This document shows, piece by piece, positions 14,471 to 43,795 of a stretch of DNA of 64,000 nt. This stretch comes from Camelus dromedarius. Its lineage: Eukaryota. The stretch spans positions 7,998,001-8,062,000 of the forward strand of contig NC_087462.1 of the NCBI RefSeq assembly GCF_036321535.1, written 5' to 3'. Made by a program: the position numbers and the translations under genes. The notes under the pieces were generated by a model. It saw only the letters and a list, made by a program, of their open reading frames with translations. It made no database searches and had not been told where the DNA came from. Every line of letters begins with the position of its first letter. The first letter of the stretch is position 1.

Positions 14471-15559
14471 ATCATGGGTGTAGACAGTTCCCAAGCAACA
14501 GGACCCAGGAAATCAAGCCTGTTTCCTTCCTCTCCCAGTACTCCTACCACCCACAGGAAATCTAGTTTTAAGTGGCCTGTGGATTTATCTTAAGGGAGAC
14601 AGATTAAAGCTGCATCTGGCTAGTACGTTCGTACTAAGATGTGCTCTAAGTGTAAAATACACAAGATTTTTTAAAACTAAGTACGAAAAAAGAGGGGTAT
14701 CTCAACTTCTTACAATGATTATATGTTGAAATGATATATTGGGTTAAATAAAAATCTCACTAAAATTAGTCTGACCTCTTTATTTTTTAAATGTCACTAC
14801 TAGAAAATTTGAAATTACAAATGTGACTCACATTTGTGGCTCACTTTAAATTTCTATTGGACTGGGCTAAACGGTGGTGGTGAACTCACAGGCCCTCAAA
14901 TTAGTATTAGGGAAATTCAGAATCCCTTTGGACTCATTCAGACTTGGGTTGTTGACTAAAAAATCCTTGATGCAGCCAAAAATTGTCACCAGAAGGCCCC
15001 CCTCAACCCAAAAGAACAAGGGTTTTGGTCCAACCCTGATTCAGTTCACGTCTCACTTCCATTTTTGTCATTTATAATCTGGGATAATAATACTTACGAT
15101 AATACTATGTGCTAGGGACTGTTAGGAAGCGAGTGCTGTGCTCAAAGTCATGAAAGCAGGCTCCAAGTCACTCCGACTCTGAAAATGCTAGCGGGAATCA
15201 AAGGTGTCCCTCAGTTTAAAGAGGGGTAACTCGCAGCTGAGTGACAGCCAAACCAACAAGGACACCCCTCCCCTCGCAAGTGACCAGTTCCTATCAGAAG
15301 AACCCAGTTCAGGTCCAGGCTCTGCCACTTGGTCACAGTAGGTCTAGACAGGTGAATTTCACCTCTCAGTACAAGTCTCCTCTCCTTAGCGACCCCAACT
15401 TGAAGTGCCTTACGGCTCTCCCACCCTGCCGAAGCCCTGGACACCCCAGGGGGTACACCAGCCCATGACCCCAAAGCTGGAAGAGAAAGATCTAACCGCA
15501 GCTCTTAGGAAACTGATTGCTGGCCCTTTCCTGGGGCACGTCGGGAAATGTAGTTTTTT

Positions 15560-15860
15560 GGTACAGGGAAATAATTTCCGGGTCAAAACATGAGTGGGCG
15601 TGGTTCTGTGTCCCTTCCCACAGTGGGTGTTGAATTTCCCCGCTACCCGAAACTTGCGGTTTTCTGGGTTCCGGTTGTTGACAGGAGCCTCTACTTCCCT
15701 TTTAGCTTCATGCGCCCTCCGCGCATGCTCTGAGCTCCCGTCCGCCAGTCGGTGGACTATGATTTTGTTTCCAGACTACACTTCCCAGAAGGTCATGCGA
15801 GCGGGCGTGGCCTCCTCGCCCCAAGGGGAGGGGCGCGGCGCTCCGAGCGGACGCTGAGCC
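15560..15860. promoter_or_regulatory. CpG-rich promoter-like element with ZNF143 (SBS), NRF1, E2F and ETS motifs
   Basis: ACTACACTTCCCAGAAGG at 15775-15792; GCGCATGC at 15721-15728; a TTTCCCGC motif near 15636; TTCCGG motifs near 15575 and 15669. Confidence 0.55.
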
Positions 15861-16070
15861 TGTGACCTCTTTCTTTTATTTAACACGAAACTGGTGTGTC
15901 CACACGCAGGGCAGCGGCCGGGCCGGACCCGGTACGGACGGGTCAGTTCGGCCTGGCCCCTTGGAAGGCGAAGCGAAGCTGCACTAGGAGAACGAGTGAG
16001 CCCCTCCCCTACCCCCTCTCCTGGACTTTGGAACTGTCAAGCTCCAGCTCCCAGGACCCCCTCTCCAGGT

Positions 16071-18886
<2,816 letters not shown>

Positions 18887-20650
18887 TTAAGCCTCCGCGT
18901 CTCACATTGGCCGCGGGTTCGACCCCGCCCAGGGTACCTCGGACTTGCCTGGCTTGGGAGCGCGTCCCTCTTCAACTCACCCTGGTCTCGACCTCTCTGC
19001 CCGCGCCGCGTGGAGGGAGTTCGCCTCATTTGAATTTCAACACGCAGGAGGGGCGCAGCCGCTCCGGCCCGAGCTGCGCACCCGCAGGACCCCGCGCACA
19101 AGCGCGCTCCCGGAACCTGGCAGTGGGGTACGCGTGCAAGGGAAGCGATCTGGGACGCCGCTGGCGGCGTGTTCTGGGGGTGCGGCCCAGGGGTCAGTGC
19201 CTTTAACTCTCCGAGGTTGGTTTCCTAGGGAGGAGGAGGTCTCTTTACCGGGCGTCCAAACCCCGGGGGGCGCACGTATAGAAAGCGAGGACGGCCCCGC
19301 CCCACTCGCTGAGCCTCTTGACTCCCAAGCCCCGGAATCTGTATTTTAAAAAATAGAACTCTATTGGAGTTGAGAAATTGCATTAGAACTTAGCATGTGA
19401 TGTAGTAGCTACTACTTGTGATGTAGTAGCTACTACTACTACTAACAATACTACAAATCTTCACGTGGAAAGATTTTCCCACCCCTTATCTCATCTGATG
19501 CCACAATCCCTTCTGTTCCTTTTATGGAAAGGACCGTGAGGCCTGGAGACCCTTCTATGGACCCAGAACAGATCCCTGCCCCCAATAGTTGTAGGCTGGG
19601 TTCTTTACAGCAGGCAATGGTTGTCAGATATATAGTTATGAAGCGAAATACATTAATTAAAGACTCTGGGTAAAGAACTCAGACAGGTGTCAAACTCCAC
19701 CCTGTGTGACCCTGAGCAAGCATCTTTACTGTGCTGAGCCAGTTGCCACGTCTGTAAAGTGGGTTTTTAATGAGCTATGCCTCATGGGGCTATGGTGAGA
19801 ACCCAGAGAATGCTTGTAAAGCCTAGTTAACTGCTAGTCACTTAGCAAATATTTGAGCACCTACTGTGTGTGCCCAGGCACTGTCCTGGGAATGAGGAGA
19901 TGTCCTCCTGGATTAGTTACAGTTACACTCACAGCTGGCTTTGACACAGCCCTCATTCACTGTCTCCCTGTCTCAAACAATCCTGTCCTAAGCCTAGACT
20001 CCCAGGAGGCTGGTGTGGCTGTTCATCACCTTTCCCGGACTGCATTCATAAAATGACTCTGTAGCATTTTTCCTTCTCTTTTTTTAAAATTTTATTTAAA
20101 AAACCTTCGGTGCAATATTAAAAAGCAATACAGCCAGCTGGAGCGAAAACAAACAGAAAGAAAGAGTAGGGGTAGGGAAGACCCAGGGACCCCATCCCAA
20201 CTGCTCCCAGGGGCTGGAGGCCAGGGACAGACTGGGGAGGGGCCTGGGTGGTGGGGGAGAGAGGAAAGGCCACCCACCAAAATGAACAGGCAGAACAAAA
20301 CATTTATATAGGAAACATCTGGCTGAACTGAAGAGGATCAGGGGAGGTGGGAAGACCCCCAATCTTTTTTTTCCCAAAAAATGTCCTAGATTGGGGAGAG
20401 GGTTGGCCGCCTGGGGTGAAATGAGCAGGCCTTGTCCCACCCCACACTCCTCTGTCATGGAGTACAGGATGTGCTGGAGGCCAGAGGTGTGTGTGTAGGG
20501 GAGACACAGGGAAGAGATGAGTAGGGAGGAATGCCCCCTCATTGGAATCTGTTAGGAAGGCTGAGGGTGTCCCTGTCCAGCTCCTGGATTCTGGGGATCT
20601 TGGGTGAGATAGGGACTGGAATGGGTCGGGGCAGGGGTGAGGCTGGGGGC

Positions 20651-22975
20651 TCAGCCTAGAAAGCCATCAGGGTCATCATCCTCAAAGTGGCCTTGCTGCA
20701 GCACCTTGATGTGGTGCTCGTAGATTTTCAGCGCTGGGCCAAGGCGGATGGACAGGCCGGTCAGCACATCTGTGCGCTGCATGAGCAGCAAAGACTTGCC
20801 ATCAATTTCCTAGGTGGGACAGAAAGAGAGAGAGAGAGAAGCAGGATCAGAGCATACCCTCGCTGAGGCCCTGGAACGGAGGGGCTAAGCTGAGGGCTGG
20901 GGACTCACCTGCTCTTGGAAAGCTGTTGCCTGCTCAGGGAAGCCTGCCTCGGTGAAGTACTCTACCACGTCGGTCACCGTCCACTCCACAGGATCAGCTG
21001 GCTTTTCCTTGCGCCCAGAACTGTGTCGGAACAGAAAGAACCAGTGAACAGTGCTGCTCCTCTGGTTCTGTTACACGTACCAGGGTAGCACCCCCATGTC
21101 TCAAACACCCCAACTTACGGACAGCCAAAGGGGGTCCCATCTGCCCCAGGTAGGGCTGGTTTTCCTGGGGGCAAAGGCACAGGGGATGGGGAGTCTGGCC
21201 CAGTGGCAGCAGAGGCTGGGAAATAAAACGCATAAGCCTGTGGTTTTGTCTTAGGGCTTGGTTCCTTCACACCAGGCGCCCTCCCCCACACAGAGGGGTC
21301 CTTACCTGATCCCCCTTCCTTATTCATGGCAGCCATGGAAAATACCTGGCGGGAGCCACTGCCTGGCGCTGGCCCTCGCCCTTCCTCCTGGCCCTGGTGG
21401 GGGCCACAAGGCGTCCACTCCTTGACCCTCTCCTTGGAATTCTGAGGGCCCCGCTCTCCATTAAGCTGGTGGTGCTGGGCACCTGCAGGACGGTCACCCT
21501 CGGGCACCTCGGAGCCCTCAGATACTTCATCTTCATCGTCTTCATCTTCATCATCTTCCTCCTCCTCTTCCTTCTCAAGCACTCGCTCTTCTCCACCTCT
21601 CTGGTGTAAGGGAGAGAGGCACCCAAAGTTAGGAGCTGTTCTGGCCCTGGGCCCCAATCCCTGGGATCCAGGACCGAGTGGTGTGCCTAACCGCCACCTT
21701 TATTACCAACACGTACTAACTTTTACACATTCACTCGGTGCCAGGCTGTGTTAATAAAGCCCTCAGTGGCCAAATCTCACTAAACTCACTCAACAGCCCC
21801 AAGGGGTCGCTACTGTTATTAAGTCGTGCTTTACAGCCGAGGAAACTGAGGCTGGGGAAGATTAAGTCACTTGCCAAGGTCACCACGCTCCGAGCTCGCA
21901 GAGAAGCAGCGCAAAACCCGGTCCACCCGCCGCCAGATTCCTCCCAGGACTCCCGCCCCGCCACCAACTTCGCCCGCACCTGCCCACCGCGCGGCGCCCC
22001 CCTCCGCGGCGCGCTCACCTTGCTCCGCGACGCGCGGGCGCTCGCGGCCGGCGGCGCCCGCCCGGGCCTGTCCCCGCGGGGCAGTGCAAGCGCACCGAGT
22101 CGGGTGCGCTCCAGGCGGCCCCGCGCTGCCGCCTCCTCCTCTAGCAGCCCCTGCACGCGGCCTCGGGTCAGACGGCCGCCGGCCCCGCCGCTGCCCCCGA
22201 GGTAGCGCACGACTTCCCGCAGGCTCACGGGCCGCGCCGGGCCGCCGGCCCGCGCCGCGCCCCCCTNNNNNNNNNNNNNNNNNNNNNNNNNNNNNNNNNN
22301 NNNNNNNNNNNNNNNNNNNNNNNNNNNNNNNNNNNNNNNNNNNNNNNNNNNNNNNNNNNNNNNNNNNNNNNNNNNNNNNNNNNNNNNNNNNNNNNNNNNN
22401 NNNNNNNNNNNNNNNNNNNNNNNNNNNNNNNNNNNNNNNNNNNNNNNNNNNNNNNNNNNNNNNNNNNNNNNNNNNNNNNNNNNNNNNNNNNNNNNNNNNN
22501 NNGCTGTGGNNNNNNNNNNNNNNNNNNNNNNNNNNNNNNNNNNNNNNNNNNNNNNNNNNNNNNNNNNNNNNNNNNNNNNNNNNNNNNNNNNNNNNNNNNN
22601 NNNNNNNNNNNNNNNNNNNNNNNNNNNNNNNNNNNNNNNNNNNNNNNNNNNNNNNNNNNNNNNNNNNNNNNNNNNNNNNNNNNNNNNNNNNNNNNNNNNN
22701 NNNNNNNNNNNNNNNNNNNNNNNNNNNNNNNNNNNNNNNNNNNNNNNNNNNNNNNNNNNNNNNNNNNNNNNNNNNNNNNNNNNNNNNNNNNNNNNNNNNN
22801 NNNNNNNNNNNNNNNNNNNNNNNNNNNNNNNNNNNNNNNNNNNNNNNNNNNNNNNNNNNNNNNNNNNNNNNNNNNNNNCTTGATAGTGCGGGGAAGCGCT
22901 GGACGANNNNNNNNNNNNNNNNNNNNNNNNNNNNNNNNNNNNNNNNNNNNNNNNNNNNNNNNNNNNNNNNNNNNN
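20651..22975 (-). CDS. SAMD1: Sterile alpha motif domain-containing protein 1 (atherin); start codon hidden in an N gap, so the 5' coordinate is approximate
   Basis: Exons 20651-20809, 20909-21020, 21119-21215, 21306-21600, and exon 1 from 22019 into the gap. SAM domain [39 protein letters not shown]...[10 protein letters not shown] sequenced island at 22879-22906 reads SSSASPHYQ in the same frame. PolyA signal at 20091-20096. Confidence 0.92.
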
Positions 22976-23640
22976 NNNNNNNNNNNNNNNNNNNNNNNNN
23001 NNNNNNNNNNNNNNNNNNNNNNNNNNNNNNNNNNNNNNNNNNNNNNNNNNNNNNNNNNNNNNNNNNNNNNNNNNNNNNNNNNNNNNNNNNNNNNGCAGCG
23101 CCTCAGCGGAGCGGCGGCGGCGCTGCTGTTTCTTTGCAAAAAAAAAAAAAAAAAAAGAAGAACGAGAGNNNNNNNNNNNNNNNNNNNNNNNNNNNNNNNN
23201 NNNNNNNNNNNNNNNNNNNNNNNNNNNNNNNNNNNNNNNNNNNNNNNNNNNNNNNNNNNNNNNNNNNNNNNNNNNNNNNNNNNNNNNNNNNNNNNNNNNN
23301 NNNNNNNNNNNNNNNNNNNNNNNNNNNNNNNNNNNNNNNNNNNNNNNNNNNNNNNNNNNNNNNNNNNNNNNNNNNNNNNNNNNNNNNNNNNNNNNNNNNN
23401 NNNNNNNNNNNNNNNNNNNNNNNNNNNNNNNNNNNNNNNNNNNNNNNNNNNNNNNNNNNNNNNNNNNNNNNNNNNNNNNNNNNNNNNNNNNNNNNNNNNN
23501 NNNNNNNNNNNNNNNNNNNNNNNNNNNNNNNNNNNNNNNNNNNNNNNNNNNNNNNNNNNNNNNNNNNNNNNNNNNNNNNNNNNNNNNNNNNNNNNNNNNN
23601 NNNNNNNNNNNNNNNNNNNNNNNNNNNNNNNNNNNNNNNN
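22267..23640. other. Assembly N gaps with small sequenced islands (other gaps: 7715-7901, 25520-25698, 50928-51083, 61744-61930, 62867-63020)
   Basis: Runs of n seen directly. Islands at 22503-22509, 22879-22906 and 23095-23168. Confidence 1.
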
Positions 23641-24130
23641 GAGAGGGGGCAGGCGGGGCGGGCGGGCGGTGCTCGGCCGCCCTCCAGCCATTGGGCGCGG
23701 GACCCAGACGTCCCTGGCGCCCAGCCCCCCTCTCCACGCCTCCCCGGCGCGCTCCGCTCTCGGGACCGCACTTACCGGGAACTCGCAGCCCTCGGGCCGG
23801 CCCACCGCGCTCACCGGGGGCGGCGGGGACCCTCGGACCTCCGCCGCCCCCGCGCACCTTGGGCGCGCTTGGCCCCGCTCGGAGGATGCGGGGAGGGGCG
23901 CGCACCGTCTCCCCCACCCTACACCCCGCTTGCCAGGGCCGCCCCCGCCGCCGCTCGGCCTCCGGGCGCGCCAGCCCCAGCGTCTCCCTAGAGCGTCCGC
24001 CCTTTCGGCCTCGGGCTGGACGCAGAGGGGGCGCGCCTCAGAAATGCGGGGACCCCTAATCCGGGGTCAAAGGGCAGTTTGGCGCCCCCTTCTCCTGCGG
24101 GGCGGGGGCAGTGGCGAAATTCCAGCTAAA
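23095..24130 (-). promoter_or_regulatory. SAMD1 CpG-island promoter / 5' UTR (partly N)
   Basis: Very GC- and CpG-rich sequence upstream of SAMD1 exon 1, with ATTGG near 23690 and GC boxes. Confidence 0.7.
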
Positions 24131-24254
24131 CCCGGTTTTACCAGGACTCAAGGCCAGGTGCTGATCGGCCTGGACGCTGGGGTCCGAAATTCCCTTTCAC
24201 TCCCCCTGGGGGTGTGTGGGTGGGTGACCGAAGTCGAGAACACCAGTGACACTT

Positions 24255-25639
24255 TTTTTTAAACAAAACTTTATTGATAATAGTTTTCAAATATGTTTAC
24301 AACAGCACACTGTTCAAGAGGAAGTTGCGTCCTTCGCAGCACACAGGTTGAATCGCCCCCGCGCCCACCCAGGGCCCCACCCCAGGCCTGAGAGCTCCTC
24401 CTGGGATGGGGAGAAAAATATAAGAGGGACAAATGTGGGGGTGAGTGGGGTGGCTCCCGACTTTTCTATTGAGAGAAAAAACCACAAATGGGGAGGGAGG
24501 GAGGGAGGGAGAAGGGGTGATTGATAGCTGACAGCTAAGCAGAGGAGGAGCGCCCAGGATGGGGGAGTGGGGGACGGAGGCTGCTGGGTGAATAAAACAA
24601 GTAGCCCCTCCCCAACAACCCTGGCCTTGAACCCGGGGCCATCAGGGGGAGGAGGGGCTTTGCCTCCATTTGCGGGGGCGGGGGGGGGTTGCCTTCCTAA
24701 CTGAGAGGAGGCTGGACATTAAAATCTCGCTGAGAATAAAATTAAGGAGTTTGGGGAGAGTGATGCTGGGAGGAAAGACCCTGGACTTGGGGCTCCCCCT
24801 CTGTCTTTTAAGCGGACAACTCTTTGGCAGGGAGAGGGGCAGCTGCTTTGTCTGGGTCCCGAAGCCCAAGGGTGAATACAGGTCTGTAGGGGCAAAAAGG
24901 GGTAGGAGTTTCCTCAAGGGGTTGAGACCCTTCCTGGCTTGGCAGGGGGACCCCCGGGAGCAGGGGGATGGGGGAGATTAGCAGCTTGGGGGAGGTTAGA
25001 ACCCCAGCTCCTTCCTTTACAGTCTGCTTCCCAGCCTTGTTAAAATGGATTTGGGGAGGAGGGGCATGGGAAGGGGTGGGAGAGGAAGGAGGGAGAGAGG
25101 CATTGGTGGAACTTAAATAAGATTGTACATTGTTTTTTAAAAAAAACTCTAGCAAGTGGCCCACTGAACATGTCACTAAAATCTCTCCTTCCCTGGCAGG
25201 ATTGCTCTGAAGGGAAGGGTGGCTTTTCGTTCATTCGCTCTTAGAGAGTGGCGCCTGTGGTTTGTGCCGGGGAGGTGGGGGGCTGGAGTTAAATTTGGGC
25301 CCCCCTTTCCACACCTTGTCCCTGACACAGCAGCATGACCTGGTCTGACTGGAAGAACTGAGAAACTCGTTTAAAACAGGCAGAAGTGGGCTGGGGTTAG
25401 GGGCCGTGGAGAAGGAAGGCAAAAGCGGTGGGAGAGGCAGGAGGGCAAAGGGGATGAGGGGGAGCAGCTGGTGTTTCCATCCCTCCAAATATCTGGGCTT
25501 CTGCTCCCCCTACCCTGGANNNNNNNNNNNNNNNNNNNNNNNNNNNNNNNNNNNNNNNNNNNNNNNNNNNNNNNNNNNNNNNNNNNNNNNNNNNNNNNNN
25601 NNNNNNNNNNNNNNNNNNNNNNNNNNNNNNNNNNNNNNN
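24255..25639 (-). other. PRKACA: PRKACA 3' UTR with polyA signal
   Basis: Follows exon 10. TTTATT (AATAAA on the minus strand) at 24270-24275, then a U-rich tract. Confidence 0.75.
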
Positions 25640-40757
<15,118 letters not shown>

Positions 40758-41954
40758 CGCGGCTGCGGCGGCCGGGGCCGGTCCCGGAGCTGCGGCGCGG
40801 AGGGTGCTGGAGGCGGCCCGCGGCCCCGGAGCGCGCTGGGCGGCGGCGGCGGCGGCCCCTCGGGTTGGCTGCGCTGGCTGCGGCGCCGCGACCCCCGCCC
40901 AGCCCCTGCTTCCCGCGTCTCTCCGCGCCCGCCCGCCCGGGAACCTCAGCCCAAGTCCGCTGCTGCTGTCCGTGACGCCCCCGCAGCCCGCCGCTCATTG
41001 GCCTAGGCTGCCCTGACTGACGGCACTGAGCTGCCGCCCATTGGCCCTCCGCGACCCTCCCGCGCCGACATAGGCTCTCGGCCCCGTGACGCGCCCCTAG
41101 GACGCCCGGCCACTCGCGCTCTCGCAAGGCCTCAGCCAGGCGGGCCGACGCGCCTGGTTGGTCGAGGTTCCCGACAGGGCCCGGGGCTCGCCCAGCTAGG
41201 CCGCCAATTGGCGGAGGCGCGCTGTCCGGCAAGCCCCCCGCAGAACGTTCAGTGTCAATCCCGGGGTGAGAGGGCGGGGCGGAGGTGCAGCCTGCTACCC
41301 CGGCCGGCCGGGTGGGGCGGCCGAAGCTGGCGGGCGGCCGCGCAGCGCTCCGAGGCCCAGGAGGCGGTCCAGGCAGGCGTCCGCCCGGCCTCGTGCGCGC
41401 CGCAGTCTCCCGCCCCCGCTCAGTGCGGCAGCGGCTGCTGGCCAGCCAAGGTTGGCGCCGCGGCCCACCCCCAACCCGGCGCAGCCGCTGTCCACCTGCC
41501 AGCGGGGGAGGGGCGCGGCAGGCGCCGCGGGTCATAGGTCGTCGGGCCGCCGGTCGTCATTCATAAGGCCTGGCGCAGGATAGCAGTATTAGGCTCTGAG
41601 TCCGGGCTGGGGTACTCTGGGTCTCCCTCAGCCACAGACCGAGCTTCAGGAGGATGCTGGGTTCCGAGAGCCAGGGGATGTTGTGAGAGGGGCGCTCAGT
41701 ATCCATCCCTTTGCTGGGCGCCCACCTGGGCTCATGCCAGTAGTATGAGCTGGCACTCGTTAAATACATTACTTTGTACTGAACTCCTGTCACATAGGTA
41801 CTATTATCATCACTCCCATTTTACAGATGAGGAATATGGGGTGCAGCCAGGCTGAGGATTCCCTGTCTGGGCAATGCAAAAGGAACCTGCCCTCCTAGAG
41901 CAGAGTAGCAAGATGCCCCTTCCTTTAAGGTGCCCTTTTAATACACAGCCTGAG

Positions 41955-42184
41955 GAGGTCAGTTTCCCATTGCCACGTTACTGACGTTCGGGGCCGGATC
42001 ATTCCTTGCCGAGGGGCGGGGGGCATCTTGTGCAGCAGCAGGTGTTTAGCAGCATCCCAAGTCTCTCTGTCCACTGGATGCCAGTAGAACCTCTGTCTCC
42101 TCTGCCACTTTTGACAACCAAAACCATCTCTAGACATTGTTACATGTGCCCTCGAGGGCAAAACTGCCTCCAGTTGAGAACTAC
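41955..42184 (-). mobile_element. MER20-type hAT-Charlie MITE
   Basis: gtgtttagcagcatccc...tttgacaaccaaaaccatctctagacattg...gggcaaaactgcctccagttgagaactac. Confidence 0.75.
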
Positions 42185-43795
42185 TTAAGTAGAGGAAGGC
42201 CCAGAGGTGATGGGAGGGGCGGGAGACTAGAGCCAGTCCTCCTGTGCTTGGAGGGGCTAGCTAGCCTCAGGTCCACAAGCCAATTCACTGCTCTGTCTCT
42301 AGACTTGTACAACCTGCACCCCACCCAGCAGCTGTCTGGACCCACATTCCTAAGGCGACCAAAGTCTCAGGGAGAGAAAAGTCAGGGTTTTCCTGTGAAT
42401 TATGGGGAAATGGCTCACCAGCCAAACCACTCCATCTGGGCTGTGGAGTTACAAAATAAGGTTAAGTAAAATTTAATAAAAATGTTACTGTGTGTGTCCT
42501 TGGAGCACAGTGTTAATTTCTTCCTGCAGGTCAAGGTCAAAGTCTGAAAAATCACTGTTTATGCTCTATCTACGGAACAGCCGGCTTGCTTAAGTTTTGA
42601 CAAGAAAAACCCTTCCCTGGACCTCAGTTTGGAATACAACTATAACAATTAAGACTAGAGTAAGAAGCTGTACAAGGAGACAACTAGTAGTCAACCTGCT
42701 GGCTGGGGCAAGAGGCTCCCTGCTCTCCTTTAATGAAGAAAGATGGACAAAACTGCCTCAGCCCACCCGAGACAAAAGCAGATACAGTCTAGATGAAGTG
42801 CTTTTTATTTTTAGACCAACCAAACATATTTAATATAAAAACCCTTTAATATACAAACTGTAATCACAACAGCATCCACATAGCAGCGAGGGGACGAGGG
42901 TGCAGGTGGGGAGCATGGCGGCGGGAGGAAAGGTTTTCAGGGCCCCTGCTGCTTCCCTTGTCTGTACTCTGTGGCCTATGAGAGCATGAGTTCTTAGCAG
43001 AGGGCAGATCAAGGCAGCCAGAAGCAGAGGGGCCCTGATACCGACACTGGGACAGACCAAACACAGCAGGCCCCTCCAGCACGCCATCCTGTCACAGTGG
43101 CAGCCTCCAGGGAAAGCCACATCCAGTTAGGAGGTATCAGGAAGGTGGTTGTGACTGAGAGGAGAGTCAACCATCTTTCCTCAGCATCCTGCTGATCACC
43201 CTCAGGAACAGTTTTCCAGAGGGCTGTTTGATTGAAAAGAGCTAAAAATCATCTTAGGAGAGGGACAGAAGTTAATTCCAAATCCACCTCTACCAAGACT
43301 CCTGGCCTGTGACTCCAGAAAGCTGGGTGGTTCTGCTCAGATGTTTGGGAAGGGAAAGAAATGACAGAGCCTCCCACAACAGGGCCGGAGCCTTGCCAGG
43401 CATTGACCAAGAAAGCCTCAGGGTAGGCCAGCGAGGTCTGTGGGAAGAGCTTTGGGTCAATGGTACTCATGGGAGCACCGTGGCACAGTGGCCTGCAGGT
43501 GGAGTTTACAGTGCGTGTGGAAGAGAGGAAGAACACAAGTCAGAAAGAATGAAGAACTCAAGTACCTGCTTCTTTCAGGCTTGGGCAGTAGAGGTGAGAT
43601 GATCCTTCTGGGCCAGGGCTAGGAAAGACCCGAGGCCCCTTCCTTCCTCGGGGCCAAGTTTGACTGGCTTGGATACAGCTGACGGCCCCAAAGTCCTCAA
43701 TATGGCCTCCACAAGACTGTCCGTGAGGCCTGGCTGCCCCCTCCAGATGTGCCAGGAGACTGGCTGTGGTCCCATCTGGGCCCAGAGTCCCACAG

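Noticed and set aside
21731-24262. Very long ORFs (728, 706, 529 and 460 aa) in the track
   Set aside because: They are artefacts of N runs and high GC. Only the SAMD1 frame is supported.
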